From the NCBI GenBank assembly GCA_048013815.1, contig CM106585.1:17794001-17858000 (forward strand): DNA of 64,000 nt, given 5' to 3'. The stretch is from Setoptus koraiensis (lineage: Eukaryota; Animalia; Arthropoda). The notes under the pieces were generated by a model. That model worked only from the letters and a program-made list of their open reading frames with translations, did not search any database and had not been told where the DNA came from. Shown piece after piece: positions 1-11,555 of this stretch. The number at the start of each line of letters is the position of its first letter. Position 1 is the first letter of the stretch. A program made the position numbers and the translations under genes.

Positions 1-3000
1 TTTATTATTTATTAATATTTTATTTTTTTATATTATATTTTATATTATTTATTTTTATTTATATTAATTTTATATAATTTATTTTATTTTTTATTATTAT
101 ATTTTTTAATTATTATATTATTATTAATATATATATTTTTTTATTATTTATTATTATTATTAATATTATATATATTTAATTTTTTTTATTTATATTTTTA
201 TTTTATATTATTTTATTTTTTTATAATATTTATATTATTTATTTTAATATATTTATTATATATTTATTTTTATTTTATTTTATTTTTTATTAATATATTT
301 TTTATATTATTATTTTTATTTTTTTATATATATATATATATTATATTTAATTTTATTTTTTTATTTATTATTTATTATTTTATTATAATAATTTATAATT
401 ATATTTATATAATTTTTATATTATTTATTTTATTTATATTTTTTTTAATTTTATTATATATTTATTATTTATTTTATTTAATTTTTATTTTATTTTATTT
501 TTTTTTATTTATTTATATTATTATTTATTATTAATAATTATTTTATTTATTATATTTATTTTTTATATTATTATTAATTTATTTTTTTATATATATTTAT
601 ATTATTTTATATAATTTATTTACTATATTTTTTATCTTTTTTTATTTTTATTTTATATATTATATATATCTTATTTAATTTAAATCTAATATATTGTATA
701 TGATTTATTTTTAATTTATCCTTTTTTATATTTAATTATCAATTTATTTTATTTATATATTTAATTTTTATTTACTAAAATATATGCTATGTATTGCTTT
801 TTTATATTATTCTTTTTTATTTTATTTCTAATATTTTCTATATATATATATATATTATATTATATATTTTTTCCTATATTTAATTTTTTATTATATATAA
901 TATATTATATTATCTTTATTGTTTCATATATAAATTATATCTATCTTTTTAAATTATTAGATTATTTATTTTATTTTTGATTTATTATTTATTTTATATA
1001 TTCTTTTTTATATTTTTAAATAAATATTTTATATTATATTTATAATTTATTTTATTTTTTTTTATATTTTTATTAAATTTTATATTTTTTAATTTATTTA
1101 ATTAATTTTTTTTTAATTTATATTATTTTAATATTTTATTTTTATTAATATTATTATTTAATTTAATATTTTTTATTTATTTTTTTATAATTTTAATATA
1201 AATTATTATATTATTTATATATTTATATATTATTTATTTTTATTTTATATTTTATAAATATTATTTTTTTTTTATAATAATTTTTATTTATAATTAATTT
1301 AATTATAAAATTTTATATATTATTTTTTTATAATATTAAATATTATTTTTATTATATATTTTTTTTTTATTTTATTTTTTATTTATATTATTATTTTTTT
1401 TATTATATTTTAATTTATTATATAATATTTATTATATAATATTATTTTTTTTTATTATTTATTTAATTTATATTTTATTATTAATTTTAATTTTTTATTA
1501 TTATTTTAATTTTTAATAATAATATTTTTTATTATTTTATTAATTATTTTTTTTTTTTAATATATATTATTATTATTTTTTATTTAATTTTTAATTATTA
1601 TATATAATATTTTTTTATTTTTTTTTATTATATTTTATTTTTTTTTTTTATATTTTTTTTTATATTATTATTTTTTTTATTTTTTTTAATTAATTTTTTT
1701 TTAAATATATAATTTTTATATTTTTATTATTATTTATTATTATTAATTAATTTTTTTATTTTAATTTATTTTATAATTTTATATATAATTATAATTTATT
1801 TTAATTTATTTATTTTAAATTTATTTAAATTATTATTTAATTTTTTTTTTATTATATATATATTTTATTTATAATTTTTTAATAATTTTAAATATTAATT
1901 ATTTTATTTTTTTATTAATTATTTTTTATAATTTTATTTTATTTATAATTTATATTTATTATTTTTTTTTATTTATTATATTTTTTTTATTTTATTTTTT
2001 TATTTTATTTTTATTTTTTTTTTATTTTAATTATTATTTTTATTTTTTTTTTTATTTATTTTATTTTTTTTTTTATTTTTTATTATTTTATAATTTTATA
2101 TTATTTTTATTATTTATATTTATATTTTATTATTAATTTATTATTTATTTATTTTTTTATTTTTTATTATATATTATTTTTTTTTTTTATTTTATTTATT
2201 TTTTATATAAATTTATTTTTTTTATATTATATTTATTAATTTTTTTTTATTAATATATTTTTTTATTATATATATTAATTTAAATTTTTTTTTTATTTTA
2301 TTTTTTATAATATTTAATTATATTTATTAATTATATTTTATATTATTTTTAATATATTTTATAATTTTTTTTATTTATATTTAATTTTATAAATTTATTA
2401 TTTATATATTAATTTAATATTATTTATATTTATTTTTTATATTATAATATATATATTTTAATATTTTATATTATTTTATATTTTTTTTATAATTATTTTT
2501 TTAATTATAATTTATTATTAATAATTATATATTTTATAATATTTTATATTATTTTTTTTATTATTTTTTTTATTATTTTTAATTTTATAATAATATTTAT
2601 AATATTATTATTTAATTTTATTTATTAATTTTTTTATAATTATTTTTATATATTAATATAATTATTTTTTTTTTATTTAATTTTTTTATATATATTATAT
2701 ATATTTTTTTAAATATATTATTTTTTATTAATTATTTATTTATTATATTATTTATTTTAAATTATATATATATATATATATTAATTTATTTATAATTTTA
2801 TTTTATATTTTATTTTTATTTTTTTTATTATATTTATATATTTATTTTTAAATTTTATTTTTATATTTATTTTTATATATTATAATTTAATAATAATATT
2901 ATAATATTTTTATATTTTTTATTTTTATTATATAATAAATTATTAATTTTATTTATTTAATATTTTTTATTTATTTTAATAATTTAATTATATTATTAAT

Positions 3001-5630
3001 ATAAAATTATATTATATTATATTTTTATATTTTATATTTATATATTTTATTATTTTTATATTAACTTTAATTAATAATTATATATTTTAATTTTAATATA
3101 TTATTTATAAATATTTATTAAAATTATTTATTTATTAATTAATTATTATTTTTATTTATTTATATTTTATTTATATTAATTAATTTTTATTTTTATTATA
3201 TAATTTTTTTTTTTTTTTTTAAAAATTATATAAATTTTTTATTTTATAATTTTTTTTATTTTTTATATTATATTTATTTTTTTTTATTTATAATTATATA
3301 TTTAATATTTTATTATTTTTTTATTTATTTATTTTATAAATTTTTTAAATATTATTTTTTAATATAATTTATTTATATTATAAATTATATTTTTATATTT
3401 ATATAAATAATTTTTTATTTAATTTTTTTTTTATTTATTAAATTATATATTATATTTATAATAAATTATTATTTTTTTTATTAATATTATTATTTTTTAT
3501 TTTTTATTATTTTATTATTTTATAAATTTTAATTAATTTTATAATTTTTTTATTTAATTATAATATTTATTTTTAATATATATTTTATTTAATTAATATA
3601 TTTATTATTTATTATATTATTATTTTATTATTATTATATATTTATATTTTATTATATTTTATTTTTATTTATTATTTTATATTTATTTTTTAAAATTTTT
3701 AATATTTATTATATATATAATATTTATTATTTATAATATTTATTATATATTTTTATTTTTTTTATTTTATTTTATAAAAATATTTATATTAATTTTTTAA
3801 TATATTTATTATTTTTATTTATTATTTTATATTTTATATTTATTTTATATTTTTTTTTATTTTTTTTATTATATATATTATTTTTTTAATTTATTTTTTT
3901 TATATTTAATATATTATTAAATTATTTTTTTTTATTATTATATAATTTTTTTTTAATTTATTTTTATTATTTTTTATTATTTATAATATATTTATTTATA
4001 ATTTTATATTTTATTATTATTAAAATAAATAATTATTATTTAATTTAAATTTATATAATATAATTATTTTATTTTAATTATTTAATATAATTTTTTTTTA
4101 ATTTTTTAATTATATTATTATAATATAATTTTTTTTAATTTTTTTTATTTTTTAAATTTATATATTTAAATATATTATTTTAATATATATTTATTTTTAT
4201 TTATTATAAATATATTATTTTTATATTTTTTATAAATTATTTTTTAAATATTAAATATATATTATATTTATTTTTAAATATTATAAATTTTATTATTATT
4301 TATTTATTTTTTTTAATTTTAATATAAATAATTATTTTATATATTTTTATTTTTTTAAATTTATTATATATTTTTTTTTTTTTTTATTTATTATTATATT
4401 AATTTTTTTATATATATTTATTATATTATATATTTTTATTTTTTTTATTTTAATTATTTATTTTTTTATATTTTATATTATTTATTTTTTTATTTAAATT
4501 TTTTTATTTTATATTTTATTATTAATTTAATATTTTAATTTTATTTTTTATTATATTTAATTTTATTTTTTATTATTAAATTATATTTAAAATATATAAT
4601 TTTTATATTAAAATATTATAATTTTTTTATATTTATATATTTTTTATATTTTATATTATATTATTTTTTTTATTTATATTTTTTATTTTTTAATATTTTA
4701 TTAATTTATATTATTTTTTATAAATTATTAATTTTTTTTATTTATATAAAATATTTATTTTATTATTTATTATATTTATATAAATTTATTATTTTATTAA
4801 TTTATAAATATTAATTATTATTATAATATTTATATTATTATTTATTATATATTTATTATAATTATTTTTATTTTATTTTATATTTATTTATTTATTTTAT
4901 ATTAATATTTTATATTTTTTTTTTTAATTAATAATTTTTATAAATATATATAATATTTATATTTTTTATTATTTAATTATTTTTTATTTTTATATTAATA
5001 TTATATTTTAATTAATTTATTATATTTTTTATTATTATTATAATAATTTTTTTTTTAAATTAATTTATTTTTTTATTTTTTTATAATATAATTTTTAATT
5101 ATATTTTTTTATTAATTTATATATATTTTTTTTTATTATATTTATATATTATTATATATTTTATTTTATTTATATATATTATTATATATTTTTTATAAAT
5201 TTTAAAAATTATTTATTTTTATTTAATTTATATTTTTATTTTATTATTTTTATATATTTTTATTTTTTTTATTTATTTATTATTTTATTTAATTTTTTTT
5301 TTATAATTTTTTAAATTATATTATATATATTTTATAATATTTTATTTTTATTATATTATTTAATATTTTTTTTTTATTTTTATATTTTATTTTTTATTAT
5401 TTATATTTTTTATAATATTTTTTTATTTTTATATTTATATTTTTTTTTATAATTATTATATTTATTATTTTATATTTTATTATTTAATTATTTATTTTTA
5501 ATAATAAATATTTTATATATTTTTATTATATTACATAATTATTATTTAATTAATTTTATTATTTATTTTTAATCTATTTTTTTATATAATTATTTTTATT
5601 TATATTTTTTAATTTTATATATATATTATA
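1..5630. other. Extreme AT-only low-complexity block (non-periodic, T-rich on + strand)
   Basis: Almost only A/T. C/G appear in a patch at about 620-995 and as a few isolated C (about 3065, 5534, 5574). No repeat unit is visible. Abrupt boundary with normal-composition DNA at about 5635. Confidence 0.95.
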
Positions 5631-5631
5631 T

Positions 5632-6714
5632 TTATACACGGTCTTTGATTAGGATGGCTGGTGCATAAAATCCTATATTTCCAAAAAGATTTCCGGCCAA
5701 ATATATAAACATTCCTAGATTTGTTACATAATTTAGATTGAATATTCTCCTGACACAACTCATGAAATCTGTTTTGATCTTTTCTTTTGTTATTTTTATT
5801 CTTAGTTCTTGAGCATTTACCCCAGCCTGTTTCAGTCCCTCACTTGCTCCCAGTTTCTCAGCCGTTTTATATCCTATTACTATTTCTTTTGATGCCTGCT
5901 TAGCTAATTGGCCCTCTGATGGTTTGATTGTCGGAACTAGGTTCACCTTGCTCGGATTTACATCCGTCTGTAGCTCACCTGTCTGGCTAACATCTGCACC
6001 AGTTATTGTTGATTGTTGCGTCACCGATGCAGGCACTTGACTAACTTTTCTTTTGCTGCCTGTCTTGAGGTTGTTGATAGTAAAATAAAAATTGGCTGGT
6101 GTCAAAAGAGATCCAAATAGAATTCCGCCAAGGGCAATATATGATGTTATGCGCATTGAATAGCGCCAATCATAATCCCTTATCAGGTAATCAACAACGG
6201 GACCGCCAAGTACTATGCTACCTGCCGCTGATCCTGCAACTGAGATGCCCACAGCTAGTCCCAGTCGGTAGTGGAAATATTCAGACACAATAACCAATTG
6301 TGGCATTGTCATTAAACAAAGGCCAATGCCTCCAACAATGCCAACGGGAAATATCAATGACTCAATGCTCTGCATGTAACTGCCAATAAATAAGCCAAAA
6401 AATATAGTTACACTTCCTGCTATAGTCACTGTTCGACTGCCTAGCCATTCAATAAGTACTCCTACAAATGGTCCAGGTATAAATGACATACCGAGTGCAG
6501 TAGATATCACCCAGGAAGTTTTGGCGCGGGTTACCTTGAAATCCTCCACAAAGGCCACATGAAAATTTGACAATGAATCACTTATTCCTTCTGCTATAAA
6601 ACTGTTCATGAATGTTGCGAAAACAATCACCCAACCATAGCCACCGTCTAAGAAAACCTCCTCCGCTTCTGCATCTGTGATGACCTCCTCGATTTTTGCT
6701 GAAGATTTTTCCAT
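5632..6714 (-). CDS. Monocarboxylate transporter (SLC16/MFS), N-terminal part; breaks off after about TM7
   Basis: DGGYGWVIV motif, 6 TM helices, long loop, then TM7 (LFGNIGFYAPAILIKDR). The stop lies at the AT-block junction and CGT|GTATAA could be a splice donor. TM8-12 are absent from the window. Confidence 0.85.
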   Translation of the reverse strand: MEKSSAKIEEVITDAEAEEVFLDGGYGWVIVFATFMNSFIAEGISDSLSNFHVAFVEDFKVTRAKTSWVISTALGMSFIPGPFVGVLIEWLGSRTVTIAGSVTIFFGLFIGSYMQSIESLIFPVGIVGGIGLCLMTMPQLVIVSEYFHYRLGLAVGISVAGSAAGSIVLGGPVVDYLIRDYDWRYSMRITSYIALGGILFGSLLTPANFYFTINNLKTGSKRKVSQVPASVTQQSTITGADVSQTGELQTDVNPSKVNLVPTIKPSEGQLAKQASKEIVIGYKTAEKLGASEGLKQAGVNAQELRIKITKEKIKTDFMSCVRRIFNLNYVTNLGMFIYLAGNLFGNIGFYAPAILIKDRV

Positions 6715-7337
6715 TTGCTAATTTTGTCTCTAAGGTGATGATTTTTCGCCTGATTTGCTTGACACATGTTTTTTCCTTCAAGATTAATAATTGTAAGCTG
6801 TGTGATCAAAGTGCTCAAAAGACTACTGCTCGTTTTCCAACTAACACATTTCAGCAACACATCGGAGTTGGAGAAAGCGCACTTGTGCACTGCAGATACT
6901 ACAGATTTACACGTCTTGATCTGTTATGTCATCTGCTACAACAAAGCATTATTCATTGTCATGTTCAGTGTGCTAATTGTTGATTATGCTGGACTCTTGA
7001 AAGCGTCCAGTATAAATACTTACAGAGTTACAACGTCTTTTTCTCGCTCAAGTGTGTGCAGATATCTTCAGTTTATTGTCCCATAACAAAAGAAAAACAT
7101 TCCGTCGGGTTATTTCATTTGAATAGTGAATGATGTAGCACAGAGGTGGTGTGAAATTCTTATGAACTCATAGAGGAAAAAACCTACTGATTTATCCCAT
7201 GGAAATCGGACATATTCATTGATCTGATTGCAGAAATATATGATGATCTGATTGCAGAAATATGATGATCTGAAACATCTAAACTTCATCGTCCGAGAAA
7301 ACAATTTCACTAGATCAACCACACAAACTAAAATCAC

Positions 7338-8762
7338 ATGGAGGATTCCAGGCGAGTGTGCCAAGTTCTATGGCCTGTCTTTTTGTGTGGCAGCATTGTT
7401 GTCTTTTACATTAAAACATTGGAATATTATGATTCATCACGAACTGAATTGCTGGATAGAACATGGACATACATAGGATTTAATTTCTACTCTGATGACA
7501 TATCTTTTATGGATAGGGTAAAACAGAATTTGATTATTGTTGGAATATTTTTCGCGATGGTAGTTGTGGTGACGCTGATAGTTTTATTTGTATTCTACAT
7601 GGGATGGTACACTTGCATCCGTTATTATTTTTATTTGCCCTCAATTATAATAATGTCCATAGTTATACCGGTTCATTTAAAACGTCTCATGAGCGCCATG
7701 GGTATTCAGACAGACATAATAACAATGGCGATTTTTGTGTATAATTTCACAGCTATTGGTTTCGTGTCAATATTTCAAAAAGGACCACTTTGTTTGCAAC
7801 AATTTTATCTGATCATCAATTCAGCGTCTGTCGCTATATTTATGGTGATATTTCTACCCGATTGGGTACCATGGCTCTCATTAGCTGTCTTGTCTCTCTG
7901 GGATTTGTTTGCTGTTCTCACCCCGTTTGGTCCATTGAAGCTGTTGATTGATATGGCCTCGAGTCAGGGAACAGTCGCAATGCCCGGCATGGTGTACTCA
8001 ACAAACACACACCATCAGTCAGTAGCAAGCACAAATAGCCAGGATAATAGTAGCACCAAGAGGAAATCGTTGACGCAGAATCAGGCCCCATCAACCGTCA
8101 AGTTACCTGGACCGATTGTTGGCACTACGGTGATAACACTGGCGAGCACTACCAAATCAGCTTCACATAAACCTCGATCAAGAGCTTCGGTCTTCAATCA
8201 TGTCAAGCCTCTCAGAGGTTCCACAAGAGCTGGCAACGGTAAGAATGTAACAAAGGTCATACCTAAGAGAATTAGGAGCAGACGGCTCCCTAATGATGGC
8301 ATACCATTGAAGTCGCGTGAAACTGCACCATCCCTAAAATTACCTCAGTTGAAAAAACTAAAGCCTACTCAGAAATCATTACAAAATAAGGGCGATCCCT
8401 CCAATCAAACCAACGAGAATGATAATACACCAAACGGCAAGACTGGCGAGGGCGAGCTCGAGCAATCAACTGAGCACTCCACTGGTGACGATGGAGCCAT
8501 CAATATAGGTCTGGGAGATTTTGTTTTTTACAGTCTCCTTCTGGGCCTTACCTCTCGTGGCGTCGACTGGTACGCAACCATAGCAAGCTTTGTGTCGATA
8601 CTAACAGGTGTAATAATAACTTTGATGTGCCTGACCGTTTACAACCAGGCCCTACCGGCGTTACCTATATCCATTGCGTTGGGTTTGATTACTTGCTCGA
8701 TTACCATTAATTTGGTTCCTCCGCTTGCCGATGTCTATGCGCATGAGCAGATATTCACATAA
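7338..8762 (+). CDS. PSEN: Presenilin (gamma-secretase aspartyl protease), divergent, intronless
   Basis: GPLCLQQFYLI, LWDLFAVLTPFGPL (catalytic Asp1), GLGDFVFYS (Asp2, GxGD), ALPALPIS (PAL motif), presenilin-like C-terminus. Confidence 0.93.
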   Translation: MEDSRRVCQVLWPVFLCGSIVVFYIKTLEYYDSSRTELLDRTWTYIGFNFYSDDISFMDRVKQNLIIVGIFFAMVVVVTLIVLFVFYMGWYTCIRYYFYLPSIIIMSIVIPVHLKRLMSAMGIQTDIITMAIFVYNFTAIGFVSIFQKGPLCLQQFYLIINSASVAIFMVIFLPDWVPWLSLAVLSLWDLFAVLTPFGPLKLLIDMASSQGTVAMPGMVYSTNTHHQSVASTNSQDNSSTKRKSLTQNQAPSTVKLPGPIVGTTVITLASTTKSASHKPRSRASVFNHVKPLRGSTRAGNGKNVTKVIPKRIRSRRLPNDGIPLKSRETAPSLKLPQLKKLKPTQKSLQNKGDPSNQTNENDNTPNGKTGEGELEQSTEHSTGDDGAINIGLGDFVFYSLLLGLTSRGVDWYATIASFVSILTGVIITLMCLTVYNQALPALPISIALGLITCSITINLVPPLADVYAHEQIFT

Positions 8763-9197
8763 CTGGAGGGATTTTCATTATAGAATAAATACTCAAATCC
8801 GTTAAGACAAGTCAATTCACCCTGCACTGAGTAAACCAGATTTTTTGCGTTCGTGCGCCTTCTGATGAACATAGTGGATTAATTTTTTCAGCAACTTGTC
8901 TCGCGAAGAATGAATCGCTTCAAAGGAAAGAAATTATGTCTCAGAGCAACGTGTTGTTCTTTGATAATAGTGTTAACCTAAGAGTATTCCAGGTTAATAC
9001 AAGGCAGCTTTACATCTGGGAAAGTACTCATATCGACTCGAACCTAGATCTATGGGTGTGCTGTCTGGCACACAGCGAACAGGTTTTGTGTCTTGCTCTA
9101 AATCGAAGCGAGCCAGCAGGCGTTACGTGTAAGATGATCTGACTGTTCATCCAATCAATATGTACAATCAATATAAATTGAAACTAGTTCGGGACGG

Positions 9198-10937
9198 CTA
9201 CCTAAATGCACTGTATAACGAGCTGCTGGGCACAACCGAACTGCTCCCCAACGATTTACCTTTTCGCAACGATTTACCTCTTGCCAATGATTTTCTTTTT
9301 CCCAATGATTTGGACCCAACAGTTTTGCTGGTCCGAACTGGGAAAATCATACTACCAGAGGACTGTTTGCCAGTAGAATTCGTAAAAGTGACCGCCGATG
9401 GGAATCCTGAGTGAATTGTCATTTGTGATTTAGATTCTGTTTGAAGAGTGCTCAATCTTGATTTCATACCTCCCAACAATGGAAAACAATATTTCAACAC
9501 TAATAGAATCGTAACAATTGTTACAATACTGATTGCCAAAATAATTAGACTCATATATAACGCGACCTTTTCACTTGAGCGCGATCGACATTCATTCAAA
9601 TTTCGAATTTCTGTTATATTCTTTCTTCCGCCATCGGCGAACAGGCAATTGGCCCGAATTCGTTCTCTTATCACATTATTTTTCGCTATTAGATTACAAA
9701 CAATATCACTTGTGCAATTTAAATCGTCTTGTGCCCATCTTAGTTTGTCGGTATTAGGATACTTTCCCACCATCAGAGTCTGCTGAAATATATAGCCCCA
9801 TTTGCACATGGTTATAATCTCATCCCCACGATTGGTTGTCTCGAAGAATTCATTTAAGTCGATATAGATGACTATTGGGCATCTCTTGACAACTTTTTCG
9901 CCATCTCTTATCATTCCCTGAGAGAAAAAGGTAGCAGGAATATCAGTGAATGACAGATGAGTTACGCCAACCTTTTCTGTGACATTTTCTTCCCTGCATA
10001 TAGATTCGTTGAATTGTATAACATCGTTACCAAATTGTCCATCTGTCATCATTGGTGGATCACCTTTGTTTTCCTCACGCCAGTATATGAAATTTATGTG
10101 CAAATTGTTTGTGGGTAGGTCAGGCGGTCTTATTCTGAATTTACCAAAAATTTTTATGCTCTTGCTCTTAAGGTCATAATAAGTGGAATCTGCCGGGTTC
10201 ATTAGATCATGGGGAGCGAATAATACATCTCTGCGTTCATGAATATGGTATGTGTAGGAATAACGAAATTCTATTAATTTATTTTGCAGAATTTTGTTCA
10301 ACCACATCCAGGTTGAATCAGTTACTTTGAAATTGTCGATAAACAATGCCGATGGTTTTCTTAACTCATCGGACAATGAGAAATTTACTTTTACTGCTTG
10401 ATTAATATTGGCGGGTGCAGTATTGTTTAGAACAACTTGCTCTATGTTACTCAAATTCAGTCCAGATCCAATTTCGCGTAGGTTGGACTCTTGAATGACC
10501 ATGAAATCTTCATTGACATTTAAATCGAATGCTCGAATATCTGTGCGTTCGATTGCATTCTTTTTGAACATTTCCTCGCAAGTGGGCTCATTGCTTTTGA
10601 TATAAATACAAGACAGCGCATAGCACTTCCCTTGTTGTTGCCCAGATTTATGTCTGGCGATGAGTAGATTACATAGAAAACCAGTCTGTGGAATCCGACA
10701 GACCCCAATGATACCATCATTTTGATACTTTACGTGAACATTAGGTATCAGTAATATCAGAATCAGGATTGATTCTAAAATTCCGCCAGTAGAGTATTTC
10801 AACTTTATGTCCATCAAATTTAATGCCTGCCGAAAATACGCAAGTTGCTCATATATCTGTAACCTATGAGGCGTTTTCCATCCTACCGGAACAAGATCCA
10901 ATAAGCTGGCCGTTTGCTGTTCACCTGTTACCAGCAT
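9198..10937 (-). CDS. Single-pass membrane protein of an unrecognised family (member 1); Lys/Ser-repeat tail
   Basis: 579-aa ORF; the likely start is the internal MDIKLK with a hydrophobic signal. Cys-containing ectodomain with IRPP and CPIVIYIDLN, TM near residue 470, tail KSLGKRKSLARGKSLRKGKSLG. Confidence 0.75.
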   Translation of the reverse strand: MLVTGEQQTASLLDLVPVGWKTPHRLQIYEQLAYFRQALNLMDIKLKYSTGGILESILILILLIPNVHVKYQNDGIIGVCRIPQTGFLCNLLIARHKSGQQQGKCYALSCIYIKSNEPTCEEMFKKNAIERTDIRAFDLNVNEDFMVIQESNLREIGSGLNLSNIEQVVLNNTAPANINQAVKVNFSLSDELRKPSALFIDNFKVTDSTWMWLNKILQNKLIEFRYSYTYHIHERRDVLFAPHDLMNPADSTYYDLKSKSIKIFGKFRIRPPDLPTNNLHINFIYWREENKGDPPMMTDGQFGNDVIQFNESICREENVTEKVGVTHLSFTDIPATFFSQGMIRDGEKVVKRCPIVIYIDLNEFFETTNRGDEIITMCKWGYIFQQTLMVGKYPNTDKLRWAQDDLNCTSDIVCNLIAKNNVIRERIRANCLFADGGRKNITEIRNLNECRSRSSEKVALYMSLIILAISIVTIVTILLVLKYCFPLLGGMKSRLSTLQTESKSQMTIHSGFPSAVTFTNSTGKQSSGSMIFPVRTSKTVGSKSLGKRKSLARGKSLRKGKSLGSSSVVPSSSLYSAFR

Positions 10938-11256
10938 TGCAAGCTTGACAGGATGATAAAAAGAAAAAAAAAGTAGAGATCTAAGATGACAACACAGACA
11001 ACTCGCGCCGGGTGAAAAAAAAAATGAAAAGATGTAACAGTCAGACGATATAGAAAGAGGTATGCGTGCACTTGAGCAGTCACTTGCAGTTATATAATAG
11101 TTGCCTAATTATTTCTGATCATCTATTCATGGTATTGAATGAAAAGAAAAGGTTAGCGAAAGGTTTCTTCCATATCATGATCAGTTCAAACAATAGAAAC
11201 ATGTTTCTTCCCTCAAGGTTTAGCTGTGAGAAAAGCTTAAAGAGGCAATTCTACCC

Positions 11257-11555
11257 AATCAACCAAACCAACTGAAATCACAAGGATGATTCCAGACGAG
11301 TGTGCCAAATTCGTTAGCCTGTCGTTTTGCGCTGCAGCATTGTTGTCTTTTCACATTAAAACATCGGAATATTCAGATTCATTGAATGAAAAAACATGGC
11401 CATGGATTCTCATAATAAAGTGAATACTTTGAATTTGTTGAGAAAATTTATTTATCAAGTCTATTCACCCTCTGCTGGCAAAACTCACGACGGAACTAGA
11501 TTTTTGGCGTTCATCGAATTCGTGCGATCTCTGACGAACGTATTTGATTAATTGT
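11257..11555 (+). pseudogene. Deleted duplicate of the presenilin locus: 5' end joined to 3' flank
   Basis: 11257-11400 matches 7314-7465 (start ATG changed to AAG; in-frame stop). 11403-11555 matches the presenilin 3' flank at about 8768-8885. The gene body is missing. Confidence 0.8.

Noticed and set aside
789-980. 63-aa ORF in the AT block
   Set aside because: Composition (F/I/L/Y) is a by-product of A/T-only sequence; no support as a gene.
1-5630. Satellite, telomere or mitochondrial control region
   Set aside because: No repeat unit or periodicity, and no flanking mitochondrial genes or tRNAs.
7220-7272. Short tandem duplication (24/22-bp unit) upstream of presenilin
   Set aside because: Real but looks like simple slippage; no evidence of function.
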